Shown here: in pieces, positions 1 to 13,900 of the stretch
How positions within the stretch are numbered: position 1 is the stretch's first letter
Layout of the letters: each line of letters starts with the position of its first letter
Assembly: GCF_002113885.1 (NCBI RefSeq)
Contig: NW_018407733.1
Location: 709,018 to 773,017, forward strand
DNA from: Mizuhopecten yessoensis
Taxonomy: Eukaryota
Direction: 5' to 3'
DNA length: 64,000 bases
Made by a program: the position numbers and the translations under genes
The notes under the pieces: generated by a model
What the model was told of the DNA's origin: nothing
Databases searched by the model: none
Seen by the model: the letters and a program-made list of their open reading frames with translations, nothing else

Positions 1-408
1 TATCAAAATCCAAGATGGCTGCCTGTCGGCCATGTTGTTTATCTGATCAGTCTCAAAAGTTGCCCTGCACAGCTAAGGACCAAGGGGAACCTACATATAA
101 AATTTGAGAAAGATCCCTCTAGTACTTCCCCAGAAATAGCGATAACAAACTTTCAATATCAAAATCCAAGATGGCTGCCTGTCGGCCATGTTGTTTATCC
201 GATCAGTCTCAAAAGTTGCCCTGCACAGTTAAGGACCAAGGGGAACCTGCATATAAAATTTGAGAAAGATCCCTTTTGTACTTCTTGAGAAATACCAATA
301 ACAAGAATTGTTTACGGGCGGATGACGGACGACGGACAATGGACGGACCACGGACCACGGACGCAGGGTGATTTGAATAGCCCACCATCAGATGATGGTT
401 GGCTAAAA
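1..408 (-). mobile_element. Helentron/DINE-1-like non-autonomous element (HINE), truncated by the window edge
   Basis: ~150-bp core repeats, a (GGAC/CACG)-type microsatellite at ~318-363 and a terminal palindrome TAGCCCACCATC-AGAT-GATGGTtGGCTA (378-405) followed by an A-run. Same family as 13039-14596. Confidence 0.65.
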
Positions 409-517
409 AACTTTAAATTAGTCAAAAATAATTATTAACAGATCCTGTCTATCAGGAGTTGTCCAAGGAATTCTTACTGTACCTTAATTTGTTCTAGCAT
501 CTAACCTATCTAACTTT

Positions 518-1951
518 ATCTTGTGTTTTAGTATTTACTTTTTCTAACGGTTACTAGTATTTACCAGGTAGCTTTTCAAACTGTTACCTTGTGTTCTAGT
601 ATTTACCAGGTATCTTTTCAAACTGTTACCTTGTGTTCTAGTATTGACCAGGTAGCTTTTCTAACTGTTACCTTGTGTTCTAGTATTTACTTTTTCTAAC
701 AGTTACCTTGTGTTCTAGTATTTACCAGGTTGCTTTTCCAACTGTTAACTTGTGTTCTAGTAGTTACTTTTTCTAACGGTTACCTTGTGTTCTAGTATTC
801 ACCAGGTAGCTTTTCTAACTGTTACCTTGTGTTCTAGTATTAACCAGGTTGCTTTTCAAACTGTTACATTGTGTTCTAGTATTAACCAGGTTGCTTTTCA
901 AACTGTTACCTTGTGTTCTAGTATTTACCTTGTCTAATTGTTACCTTGTGTTCTAGTATTTACCAGGTTGCTTTGCTAACAGTTACCTTGTGTTCTAGTA
1001 CTTGCCAGGTTGCTTTTCTAACTGTTACATTGTGTTCTAGTATTTACCAGGTCAAATTATTACCTTGTGTTCTAGTATTTACCTTGTCTAATTGTTACCT
1101 TGTGTTCTAGTATTTCCCAGGTTGCTTTTCTAATGGTTAACTTGTGTTCTAGTATTTACCAGGTAGCTTTTCAAACTGTTGCCTTGTGTTCTAGTATTTT
1201 CCAGGTCAAATTGTTACCTTGTGTTCTAGAATTTACCAGGTAGCTTTTATAACTGTTACCTTGTGTTCTTGGATTTACAAGGTAGCTTTTCTAACTGTTA
1301 CCTTGCGTTCTAGTATTTACCCGATAGCTTTTCAAACTGTTACCTTGTGTTCTAGTATTTACCAGGTAGCTTTTCAAACTGTTACCTTGTGTTCTAGTAT
1401 TTACCAGGTCAAATTGTTACCTTGTGTTCTAGTATTTACCAGGTAGCTTTTCTAACTGTTACCTTGAGTTCTAGTATTTACCAGATAGCTTTTCAAACTG
1501 TTACCTTGTGTTCTAGTATTTACCAGGTTGCTTTTCTAATGGTTAACTTGTGTTCTAGTATTTACTTTTTCTAACGGTTACCTTGTGTTCTAGTAGTTAC
1601 CAGGTTGCTTTTCTAATGGTTAACTTGTGTTCTAGTATTTACTTTTTCTAACGGTTACCTTGTGTTCTAGTAGTTACCAGGTTGCTTTTCTAATGGTTAC
1701 CGTGTGTTCTAGTATTTACCAGGTCAAATTATTACCTTGTGTTCTAGTATTTACCAGGTAGCTTTTCTAACTGTTACCTTGTGTTCTAGTATTTAGCTTT
1801 TTTAACTGTTACCTTGTGTTCTATTATTTAGCTTTTCTAACTGTTACCTTGTGTTCTAGTATTTACCAGGTAGATTTTCGAATTGTTACCTTGTGTTCTA
1901 GTATTCACCAGGTAGCCTTTCCAACAGTTACCTTGAGTCTCTGTATTTCCC
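518..1951. repeat. 42-bp minisatellite (CCTTGTGTTCTAGTATTTACCAGGTAGCTTTTCTAACTGTTA) with shorter variants, roughly 35 copies
   Basis: Directly visible tandem units. The array abuts and overlaps the TBC1D2 exon end at 1932. Confidence 0.95.
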
Positions 1952-4900
1952 TTGTGTCTGATACAGGTCCTGGTGTGGAGTTGGATATGAGTGAATCTAA
2001 TGGTGGTACTGTCGTTGCTTCAGAGACGTCTACAAAACCATTGGCCTTTCCGTCGGCCACCTTTTTCTCAGCTTCAGAAAGGTTGTTCGTAAGTTTGATG
2101 ATAGTCTCGTCTTTGGCAGCTAGCATATCTTCGAACATCTTTAATTGGTCCTGGATGCTGCATAAGTTTCCTGTTTTTGCCCTAGATGTCAAAAAGATCA
2201 GCTTTTCAAACAGGCCTCTCTAACTATTTAACAAATTATTCAATTTGATTTGTTTTGTGTATAATCACACACAAAAATCGTTATAATAAGAAGAATTTGG
2301 TAAAAAGCAAACTTCTTATACATGTATATTATTTCATCTCACAACTCATTGTATCCAAGCTTATATATTTAATTACCAAAGTAAGGGTCTATATGGTGAA
2401 ATGATGACCTGAGATTAGAAAATCCAGGTAACTTTGATTAATGACTCATTTACCAATAGAGGTACATATGTATTAGGAATTTAACAAAGATATATAAACC
2501 TGAGTTGTTGAGCTAATAACTCCTTCTCTTCCTTCATGGAGGACAGACCAAACTTGAGTTCTATAATGTGTTTGTCTCGTTCCTTCAGCATTCCCTGGAA
2601 CCCCTCTCTATCTTGTGTACTCATCTGGAATCTAAACAATCACATACATGTACAAGTGAAGATACACAGTATAAACACAAAATCGGTTTGTAATGAATGC
2701 ATGAAAAAAGTTCATAATTTGAATGAAGTTTTTTGTTTTCCTTCCCATTGATAGTGACTGGGAATTATAGGGATTGAATTTGGATTTTTCTAGTGTTCTA
2801 TGCGAGTATGAATTGGGAAAAATTTACTTACACACTTCAAATGAACAGCCATCACTTCGCTACGGCCGCTCATGTGGTGTGTAAGTAATGTTTTTCACAT
2901 TCATACTTACAATAACATTGGAATAATCAAAATAATGGAATAAAATAACTGAAAAAATGTCACCAAGGGAACTGATTAGGCTGTATTTGTTAACTTTTTA
3001 CCTTGTTTCCATTTCCTTGGTGATGGAATCCAACTCTTTCTGCAGCAGACGGACAATCTCCCTATTTGCCTGTAACTCCTCCTCCGTAGCCTGCTGGTCC
3101 TGCTGGGCGTTGCTCAGCTGTTTCTGGAGCTGTCATAACCAAACCTTTTTATGTGTATGTTACTTCTTTAAACCTTACACTAACAAGACAAGGTGACACA
3201 AGCCTTGGTATTACAGAAGTTTACGCCTCTAGGAACATTCTTAAATAAAAGGTTTTATGTTATCATCATTGATGAGGTGAGGTAGGTCTGTTTGTTTGTT
3301 AGGATGATTACATCAGGTGTCAGATACCAAAATATTGTACATTCATATCAAGCAAACTTACTCATGAATTTGTGTTGAAAAATGCTGAAAAAGGCATTTC
3401 AATCAACATGAGGTCAATTTATTCAGGTTACTTTTTATGCATTGCCATCGAAGCAACAGTATGCTTATTTCATTCAAAAACTTAAAAATGTTAATGCTTA
3501 CATTTATTCTTCAGATCTGCAATCCCCTTTTAACAACGTAAAGTACTGCAAAGCAATCTATTGTCCCCCACTGATAATAGACTTACCAGTTTACACCTGT
3601 TACAGATGCTGGGTGCTGTTTCCTCGTCACTTATCACAGACTTCCTACTCAACACTTTCCCAAATGCTGTCTTGAATTTGCCAACTTTACCCCCCGGTTT
3701 GACGGCGGATATGTGAGCATGTCTGAGGGCAGGAGTAGATCCATCGGGAGTCACTAGTTCTTCTTGGCTAGGGGACGGGGAGGAGCTCTCAGACTGTTTT
3801 CTGGGAATGGTGTTATCTGTAACACAAGTACGTTGAATTCTTATTTATCGACTGGTACAGCAACATGTTTGTATTATACCATATCTGATCTTATAAACAC
3901 CCTGTGCCGTTATGTTTGTATTACCATATCTGATCTTATAAACACCCTGTGTCGTTATGTTTGTATTACCATATCTGATCTTATAAACACCCTGTGTTGT
4001 TAAGTATCCTCCACGTTTTTATTTGTACATTGACATGGGTGGGCTTATCATCAGATATGCGCTTATTCATTGTACAAACAGAGTAAAACCTTGTTATATT
4101 GCCAATGCTTATACAGAGAAATTTTGGTGTTATAAGGGAGTTTGGCGATATATAAAGAGCCAAATGTTTAAAAAATAAAATGAAAATGAGACCTTGAAAT
4201 ATTTTGCAGTATGCAAGGTGATAAATAAAACAGGTGGCATCATATCAAGTCTTTACAATGCTGTGAATTTTCACCTTACCAACATCAAGGGAGACAGAAT
4301 AATTTGATGTGATATGACAGTGTGGTGAATGGCAAAGCAAAGGTATAGGACAGGAACAAGTCTATCATAACAAACATTACAGTGTCATAAAATCAGGTTT
4401 TATTGTAAAATACTAAGTAGAGTTAATTATATTGCCATCATTTGTCCAGAGAAGTTTCATCATTATAAAGGGATTTTGCAATCAATCAAGGGAGACTCAT
4501 AAAGGAACTCTTAAGAAAAAGAGAAAAAGCTCCCTTGAAAAATGTGGGCGGTTAGCAAAGTGGCAAAAGGAAAGAAGGGCATTATATTGAGGTTTAACTG
4601 TACAGAGTGCTTTACTTAACCATTACATGTACTAATGGAAACAAAAAGAAAACCAATGAGAGAGTAATGATGTATACAACTCTGTTTCTCTTTTTGAATA
4701 GGCATAGAAAAGTCAGGGGATAATTTGCAGATCATATGTAAGCCAATTTCTGTTGATCCATAAAACATTCCTCAAGATAGGTGTTTAGCCATAAACAAGA
4801 GGCCCATGGGCCTTAACGGTCACCTGATATATTTATACAGAGAGTTGATTTTGTTTTCAACATGAACAGAAATATTATTCAAAGTGATAAAAAAAACAAT

Positions 4901-7900
4901 AAAACCACCTTATTCAATATCTAGCATACAGATTTTAGACTGAAAAGTATTTGAAACTAGCACCACTGATTCTAAACAAGGAAAATGAAGAAATTTTAGC
5001 ACAATGACTCCTTTGAGCCCCACCCTACAGCCCTTGGGGGTAGGGCTGGCTCACAATTTTCAAAGTATCAAACTGTCAACTCAAGGTTATAATTCCAATC
5101 AAGTTATTAACATGTAATATTCAAAGTATCATTTGCCATTATAAACCATAATAAATTTTGCCCCCCACCCCCACCCCACCCCCTCCTTTCCCAGGGGGTA
5201 AACGTGAGACCCTAGGGTCATAAACCTTAAGACCCTTCCATCTATGAAGAGTATTTGATTCTACCATATCTGGGTCTTGAGAAGAAGATTTTTGAAATTT
5301 CAGTAAATTCGACCCTTTTTGGCCCCACCCATCAACCCCTGGGGGTCAGTCAGGGCGCAAATGTGCTTATTATCAAACTGCTACCTAATACTGATAATGC
5401 TTACCCAAATTGAATTACTTCCAATGGAAATTAAACAAATGTTGGTCCAAAATGTGATTTCCCTATATAAACTATAGTAAAGTTTACCCCCTCCCCAGGG
5501 GGAAACATGAGACCCCAGGGTCAAGAAATTCACAATTTTGGTAAAGCACCTTAAGACCCTTCCATCTATGAAGAGTATTTGATTCTACCATATCTGGGTC
5601 TTGAGAAGAAGATTTTTGAAATTTTAGTCAATTTGACCCTTTCTGGCCCTGCCCCTCAGGCCCCTGGGGGCTTGGGACTAAACCGGCCACTATTTTTGTT
5701 GACCTTTGTCCTTGGAAGGTCCCTGCTAAATTTCATTGAAATTAGTTGAGGGGTTTTGGAGAAGAAGATTTTTGAAATTTTAGTCAATTTGTCCCGTTTT
5801 GGCCCCACCCATCAGCCCCTGGGGGTCAGTCAGGGCGCATATGTGCTTATTATCAAACTGCTACCTAATACTGATAATGCTAACCCAAATTGAATTACTT
5901 CCAATGGCAATTAAACAAATGTTGGTCCAAAATGTGATTTCCCTATATAAACTATAGTAAAGTTTACCCCCTCTCCAGAGGGAAACATGAGACGCCAGGG
6001 TCAAGAAATTCACAATTTTGGTAAAGCACCTTAAGACCCTTCCATCTATGAAGAGTATTTGATTCTACCATATCTGGGTCTTGAGAAGAAGATTTTTGAA
6101 ATTTTAGCCAATTTGACCCTTTTTGGCCCCGCCCCTCATGCCCCTGGGGGCCTGGGACTAAACCGGCCACCATTATTGTTGACTTTTGTCCATGGAAGGT
6201 CCCTGCAAAATTTCATTGAAATTGGTTCAGGGGTTTTGGGACCACTTGAGACTTTGTCTCAGGTGACCTAAAAATGTTCAAAAGATGTAGAAGAGAAGAA
6301 AACATCATTTCGAAAATAGACCAGTGCAAAAGATCTGTCAAATACGGGACAATATGAATGATTAATAGAAAACTAAAATGTGGTCAGCCCCTCTTAACAT
6401 CCAACAGGAATTGTGTGCTGTGATATCTGGTGTAGTAGTGGTGTGCCGTTACAGCTGGTGTAACACGGGTACATACGTGAGCTGGACATTGTGCCATGTC
6501 AGACAGGACTGCAGCAGGTGTCGTCACACAGATAATATATAGTACACTACAAACCTAATGACACTGGCCCTTTTATGTTAGAAAAGGCATTCTGTAGTTC
6601 AGACTTGAGGTTAGTAAATGACCAGAGAGAATTAGTAGTAGTACCCTCCGGTGGTCCGAGCAGCAGACTCGCCGGTGCTTTGATGAAAGGGAAATCACTC
6701 TGTCCAATCTCTACCTCCATGTTGATATCATCCTTCCTGGAAACCAGCCCACTAATGTTGCCCTGCGTTCTCTGTCAATATATTTTCAAGCACAAATGTA
6801 AATATGAAGTCAAAAGAATTATTTTTTGATATCAGGTGAAAAAATATTTGATGCAGTGGCCGATGCTGTAAATGAAGAGAAGAAAAATTTAATTTTATAA
6901 CTTTGATACAGAAAAATTTGTGCTATTACCACCATATATCAGCAAACCTTTAGCATTATAAAACTATTTGGCAATATATTGAGGTAGACATGAGGAAATT
7001 GTGAAGTAAAAAAGGAAAAGGGGGCCTTAAATTATGCTAATGGTAGGCAAGGTGGCAAATAAAACAAAATATCAAGGTTTTACTGTACTGTGTTCTATTG
7101 ACAACTACAGCCTGGTAAAATAAGCTATACCCTGGGACATAGCATCAACCTTTAATTTAGGACAATAATATTTATTACCGTAGCATACTACTTTTATGTA
7201 GGGAGAAATGCACAGTAAAATATCACTAGGGCTGTGTATTATGACTCTGATATTTTTATTCATTCACCCCTAAAGACGCATTTGAACTCTTCCAATTCAA
7301 AGGTTGGAATAGTTCATTATGAAATTTCAGGGGTGAATGAGTTAAGAAAGTGTATAGCCATATATTACAAAGTATTGCTTTCTTAGAACATTTACTGTAA
7401 CATTGGCCCTAACAGGGTGCCTGTATCAGAGCCTGCAAAAGTCCAGTTATCTTCCATTTCAACTTGTTACTTGGTAACGTCTTTCAGGCAAGCAAGTAAC
7501 ATGGCACATTACATTCACTACTTGACATGACAAGAAGAGAATTAGTGAACTTGGAACTTAATATAAACAATGTGTATTTATCAAAATTCATTGTCAGTGT
7601 GCAATATGTTGAAAGAAATCTTGACTTAAATAATTGAGTGTAACAAAATTATTCATCTTGTTCTTTTAATCAATAATTATTAAATATATATATACGATAC
7701 AGGAGTCACTATATAATACATGTAACACCAACCAAACTATGTTTCCCATAAGGATTGATATATAGTTCCAGCCCTGGATCTTACATATAGGCACATGTCG
7801 TAACATAAGGAGGACGAGGATATTCACCAATCAAAAGCAGTCAAACTGAGGCTTAATTGTAGCAGCTCTTGTGTGTGACTCACATCACTTACAATCATTT

Positions 7901-10900
7901 ACAAGTTTTACCGCTTAGTGACCACAAATATACATCACTCCAACAGGTACAGCCTATAAGTACAGTCCATTCATATACTCTTAAATTATCAAATGAAACT
8001 TTCGCTGTGTACTATTTACTTTTGCTGCTTGTGCAGCTGCAGTGGAAAGACAAATACAGTAAAACCTTAATAAAATGCCCGTCTTTTTATTTACTAAATT
8101 GTACCTTGCTTTTAACCACCAAAATACATCAATGTCCCATTTTCTTTTTCTTATTAATTCCTTCGCATGTACAGCACATTTTTTTACATAAATGGGGATT
8201 GGCCCATTTGTTCTCAAATTGGGAATAAAACGACCCTTTGGGTAGGAATTTTAAGGAGTAAACTGAAAATTATGGGAATAAGGCAAAAATACAGAACAAT
8301 TTCAATTGGGAATTGGGCCCACTATCAGCCCCAAAAAGCCCTCAGAAAACATCCTGATGTATTCCTCAATATACAATGTATCACCAAACCCCTGGATAAT
8401 GCCAAAATTTTGCTGGAAAAGCTGGAGTGTACAACTAGTTGGACATCTGGATCTAGTACATTGTAGGGTTTTTTTTACGCCAGGATTAGTAAAAATGATC
8501 AGAATCTACTTAAAAAAACATAGGTCGGCTGATAAAATGTTGCATTCTGCATACAGGGGAGTACAAGGTAGTTAAATCTTGAGAAGTCAAAATGTGGTCA
8601 AGTAATGCAGGTGATCTCTTAATTATTAGGTTCATTTCATTATGAAAACAATTCATTTATTAACCATGAAAGTGATCTTTTAACACAGTGGTCTCTTAAA
8701 GGAGGTGGTTGCATAAGTAGGTTTTACAGTACTCTTAAAACATGAAACTGTACAAATGAATCAAACATATCAGTTGATGATAGTTAGATGTATAAATTGT
8801 CCGTAATTACTCACCCTGACGTTCCACTGGCCCAGTCTGTCGCGCGACAGGGAATTTCTTGCCATGTTATAAAGTCTGCGCCGTTTCTGCAGTTCCTGTA
8901 GCCAGTACATCATCGAGTGCCTGTCAGAGGCATCCAGGAGGTGCTCCTTCCCTCCAGACCTGATTTACATATAATGTTGTTTGTTAGGCGATTTCATAAT
9001 GTAAATAAAATCATATGTAGGACTTTTGGTGCAAATCTTCAATTCTGTGTATCTATGGAGATTAAATAGAGATTTTTCTTGATAAAGTTACACAAGTCAT
9101 AAGTCAACAATTTCTAATCCATGAAAATTTAGGTAAAAATGAACTTAAAAGTAATTTTGTCTCAACTTCGTAAAGTTTCAAGTAGTGAAGTGCAGGTAGA
9201 TTTGTGACCTTGACCTTTTACAACAAATGTGATGTTGATAAAATTTTAAATATAGAAAACTAAGAAAAGAACAAACAAGAGCCTCCCATAGTAAGCATTG
9301 TATGCCCACAAACGCCATGTTTTGGTGAAAGGGAAAGATATGTCACTGGCAACTGAAGGATACTGTGTTCATTTTATTGTAAATAATTCTGATGTTAAAA
9401 AACAAAGTTTTTTACAGGAATTTCTGGGGTTATGTGTTTTCCTTTTTTAGTTGTTAATGTCTGTTTTGTTTTAATAAAGTACAAAGTGTCACGTGTAAAA
9501 GCCTTCTAGTGCATTCTTTTAAGAAAGCATATATACAATGTACGATATGTAAAAAGAGGAAACTTAATATCATTTATTACTCTGGAAAGTTTGATTATAT
9601 TTTGGACATAAAACATACTAAACTTCACTTATCATCAAGGAATCAGGCAATTTCTTCTTAAATATTTGTTATATGGATTGCCTCCCTTTGCATTTTTTTT
9701 TTAAATGATCATAAGGTTCAAACTTGCAGGGAAAGGAATAAGAAATGCAAGGCCTATCATAAAATTTAACAAAGCAATTTATTTTTACAATATGCAAATC
9801 TGAATATGATTCTCATCATATGCATCTTCCTCAAAACATCTGGTTAGAAAGTTTGGGCTAGTTGACAGATGGGCAGCACAATATCATAACACCCTCTGGT
9901 TTTTTAGGTGTATATCAATTGAGTATTGTATACCATACCCTACTTTGGAGGACGAGAGGATCAGTGACATTTAGTTGTATTATAAATCGCAATCGGATCA
10001 GTATTTTTCTTCCTCGGGAGTCAATTTTAATATGAAGAAAATGTTTAATTAAACCATGTATGAACTTTTCTAGAATATTGTCTTCCTTCAGTCAGTAATA
10101 TTATGAATTGTTTTATTTAAAATTTCGTTTTTGTCATATTGTTAGTAACATCTTCCTGCAGTTAAAGATAGATGCTGTATATCTGGGGGATCAAAGCATT
10201 GTTATACACACCACCTGTTATAGGCACATTTTAATGTGAGATATTTAAACAAGAAAGCTAGCAATTACATCAATGTTTTGTACCCAGCGGATTTACAAAC
10301 AAACAAGGAAGTATACACACATCATCAGATCATTGCCGGGGGTTTTAGTCACACATAAACAGATTGATTTCATCAGGATTTACATTTTAATGTTTTCTTC
10401 CCTTTAGCCTTTTTGATTTGACTGGCTAACCAAGGTTTATGGGATCATGCTATTCATCCTTTCTATTCACAAACTTTTTGTATTGAATTGCACCACTTGG
10501 TTAATGCTGATGTTCAAATCACCATATGTCTTACAGTCCCATGTGGGCCGGGTTGACAAAACATTGTGTCTCCAGACATGAGGTGCTCCCATGACAATAT
10601 TTTTCAAATTTTGGGAGTGTGATTGTTTCAGTTATCACCAGGGCCAGCAGTCACATTCCCCTCAGCCTTCACCATTAGGGAGTGTGATTGCTTCAGTAAT
10701 CACCAGGACCAGTAGTCACATTCCCCTCAGCCTTCACCATTAGGGAGTGTGATTGCTTCAGTTATCACCAGGGCCAGCAGTCACATTCCCCTCAGCCTTC
10801 ACCATTAGGGAGTGTGATTGCTTCAGGTATCACCAGGGCCAGCAGTCACATTCCCCTCAGCCTTCACCATTAGGGAGTGTGATTGTTTCAGGTATCACCA

Positions 10901-13900
10901 GGGCCAGCAGTCACATTCCCCTCAGCCTTCACCATTAGGGAGTGTGATTGTTTCAGGTATCACCAGGGCCAGCAGTCACATTCCCCTCAGCCTTCACCAT
11001 TAGGGAGTGTGATTGCTTCAGGTATCACCAGGGCCAGCAGTCACATTCCCCTCAGCCTTCACCATTAGGGAGTGTGATTGTTTCAGGTATCACCAGGGCC
11101 AGCAGTCACATTCCCCTCAGCCTTCACCATTAGGGAGTGTGATTGTTTCAGGTATCACCAGGGCCAGCAGTCACATTCCCCTCAGCCTTCACCATTAGGG
11201 AGTGTGATTGCTTCAGGTATCACCAGGGCCAGCAGTCACATTCCCCTCAGCCTTCACCATTAGGGAGTGTGATTGTTTCAGGTATCACCAGGGCCAGCAG
11301 TCACATTCCCCTCAGCCTTCACCATTAGGGAGTGTGATTGCTTCAGGTATCACCAGGGCCAGCAGTCACATTCCCCTCAGCCTTCACCATTAGGGAGTGT
11401 GATTGTTTCAGGTATCACCAGGGCCAGCAGTCACATTCCCCTCAGCCTTCACCATTAGGGAGTGTGATTGCTTCAGGTATCACCAGGGCCAGCAGTCACA
11501 TTCCCCTCAGCCTTCACCATTAGGGAGTGTGATTGTTTCAGGTATCACCAGGGCCAGCAGTCACATTCCCCTCAGCCTTCACCATTAGGGAGTGTGATTG
11601 CTTCAGGTATCACCAGGGCCAGCAGTCACATTCCCCTCAGCCTTCACCATTAGGGAGTGTGATTGCTTCAGGTATCACCAGGGCCAGCAGTCACATTCCC
11701 CTCAGCCTTCACCATTAGGGAGTGTGATTGCTTCAGGTATCACCAGGGCCAGCAGTCACATTCCCCTCAGCCTTCACCATTAGGGAGTGTGATTGCTTCA
11801 GGTATCACCAGGGCCAGCAGTCACATTCCCCTCAGCCTTCACTATTAGGGAGTGTGATTGCTTCAGGTATCACCAGGGCCAGCAGTCACATTCCCCTCAG
11901 CCTTCACCATTAGGGAGTGTGATTGCTTCAGGTATGTTCAATGTTGTAATTAGGAGAGCAAAAACGTTTTTTCGGCCTGCGTAACTTTATTGTCCAAATC
12001 TTATAATAGGGAAACATAACTTTTGTTTTCTCATGATTGATCAATTAAGTTTGACAAGGGCTAAGCAAATTGAATATTTCATAATGACAAAACCAAACAA
12101 CGGTAATGCCAATCTGCTTAAATCATAGTCGATGCCATCTGCTTCCATCACTTTGAACTCTGGGGCGATAACTCTTACTCAATTTCCAAGCGAGGCCCCA
12201 AATGAGTGTACCTGGTAATGTGACTTGGAAAGCTCAAGTGTAACATTCAAACTTAACTTTTTTTTAAAGTTATGTGATCAATATAATCGAAGCTGGTAAG
12301 AATTCAGATAAGATAATATAATATGGGTAACAAATGTTCAGTTTTATATTTTTCCATGACTGATATTTTTAAATATTGAATAAGTTTTTAGAGATTTCTT
12401 TACAATGGCATCAAATCTATCTGTCTTGCAGTGTCTTATTTTGTCTTGCAACGTTTAAGACTGTGTCTTTGTACGAAGAAAGAAAGAAGGCAGTGATGGA
12501 TTTAAAAGCACTTCAGCATACAATATAAAGAATTTTATTAAATACTCAGTATTGCACTTCAGATCTTCAACTAACACCATTTATAATGTGGTATACAGGA
12601 TCACTGGACCTAGGAGACTCAAAGTTGTATAGATGTAAAAAGTGGTCAATTGGTGGGAAAGGTAGGCACCAATAAGGGATATAGGAGTACTCTATTAGTA
12701 ATGGTGGACAGACATTGAAAAGTTATTTTCCTGTTAAAATGATGTTATTTCACCTGTTTTTTTCATAAGAAATGTTTAGGTTGCTGGGAGTTTTATAGGA
12801 TTCATACTAATTTGAAATTGTTCCCAGTAATGTTGCAGTGAGCATTAACATTACGTATCAAATATCTGGACTGGTAGCAATTAAAGTATATATAGATTGC
12901 CTCTTTATATTCAAGATGTCTTCGGAGCAAATCCTTGTGGCTGAGATAATTGTGAAAAAGGAAATTATCCTATAATTGTTTCTTTTGCATATGGTTTTCG
13001 CTACAGTAAATGTGCAAGCAATTCCCAAGTCAGGAAATAAACAAGAGATCCCAGAGGGATCTTGTTGGCGCCCACCATTGTACCATCTTCATTAGTTCTT
13101 TGTCTGTTCGATCTTTTCTCTTCTTTCCTCTAATCTGTTTGATTGAGTCATGTTAACAGTAAATGCACCTTGAGGTAACTTTTGATCTAAACTTAATACT
13201 GATGTGTATGAAAGCCAACCTTCAAAGTGAGTTTGTCATTTCACATATTTACTAGTACAGTACTTAATGTGAAAGAAATAGAATCGATCATTGCAGAAAG
13301 ATCTGTTTAGTTCTTCTTTTAATCCATTTTGTTTTTATGATCAGTCTCAAAATATGACAATTATATGCACAACGAGAGACCAAAGGGAACCTACATATAA
13401 AATTTAAGAAAGATCCCTGTAGTTCTTCCAGAGAAATATAGTGGTAACAAACCTACACTATCAAAATCCAAGATGGTTGCCTGTTGGCCATGTTGTTTTT
13501 ATCCAATCAGTCTCAAAAGTTGCCCTGCACAGATTATAACCAAGGGGAACCTACATATAAAATTTTAAAAAGATCCCTCAACTACTTCCGGAGAAATAGC
13601 GATAACAAACTTTCACTATCAAAATCAAATATGGCTGCCTGTCGGCCATGTTGTTTATCCGATCAGTCTCAAAAGTTGCCCTGCACAGCTAAGGACCAAG
13701 GGGAAACTACATATAAAATTTAAGAAAGATCCCTCTGGTACTTCTTGAGAAATACCGATAACAAGAATTGTTTAAGGACGGACCACGGACCGACCACGGA
13801 CGCAGGGTGATTTGAATAGCCCACCATCAGATGATGGTGGGCTAAAAAGTTCCCTTTGGTACTTCCCAAGAAATAGCGATAACAAACTTTCACTATCAAA

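Noticed and set aside
1219-2223. Plus-strand ORFs of 75 and 135 aa
   Set aside because: Read-through of the 42-bp repeat and antisense of a TBC1D2 exon.
10613-11935. CRISPR array (palindromic repeat at regular spacing)
   Set aside because: No unique spacers: the whole 65-bp unit repeats. Eukaryotic intron, no cas genes.
10613-11935. Satellite-encoded hammerhead ribozyme
   Set aside because: No CUGANGA plus GAAA core on either strand of the unit.
10753-11984. Seventeen 61-63 aa ORFs
   Set aside because: Artefacts of the 65-bp period cycling through frames; non-ATG starts.
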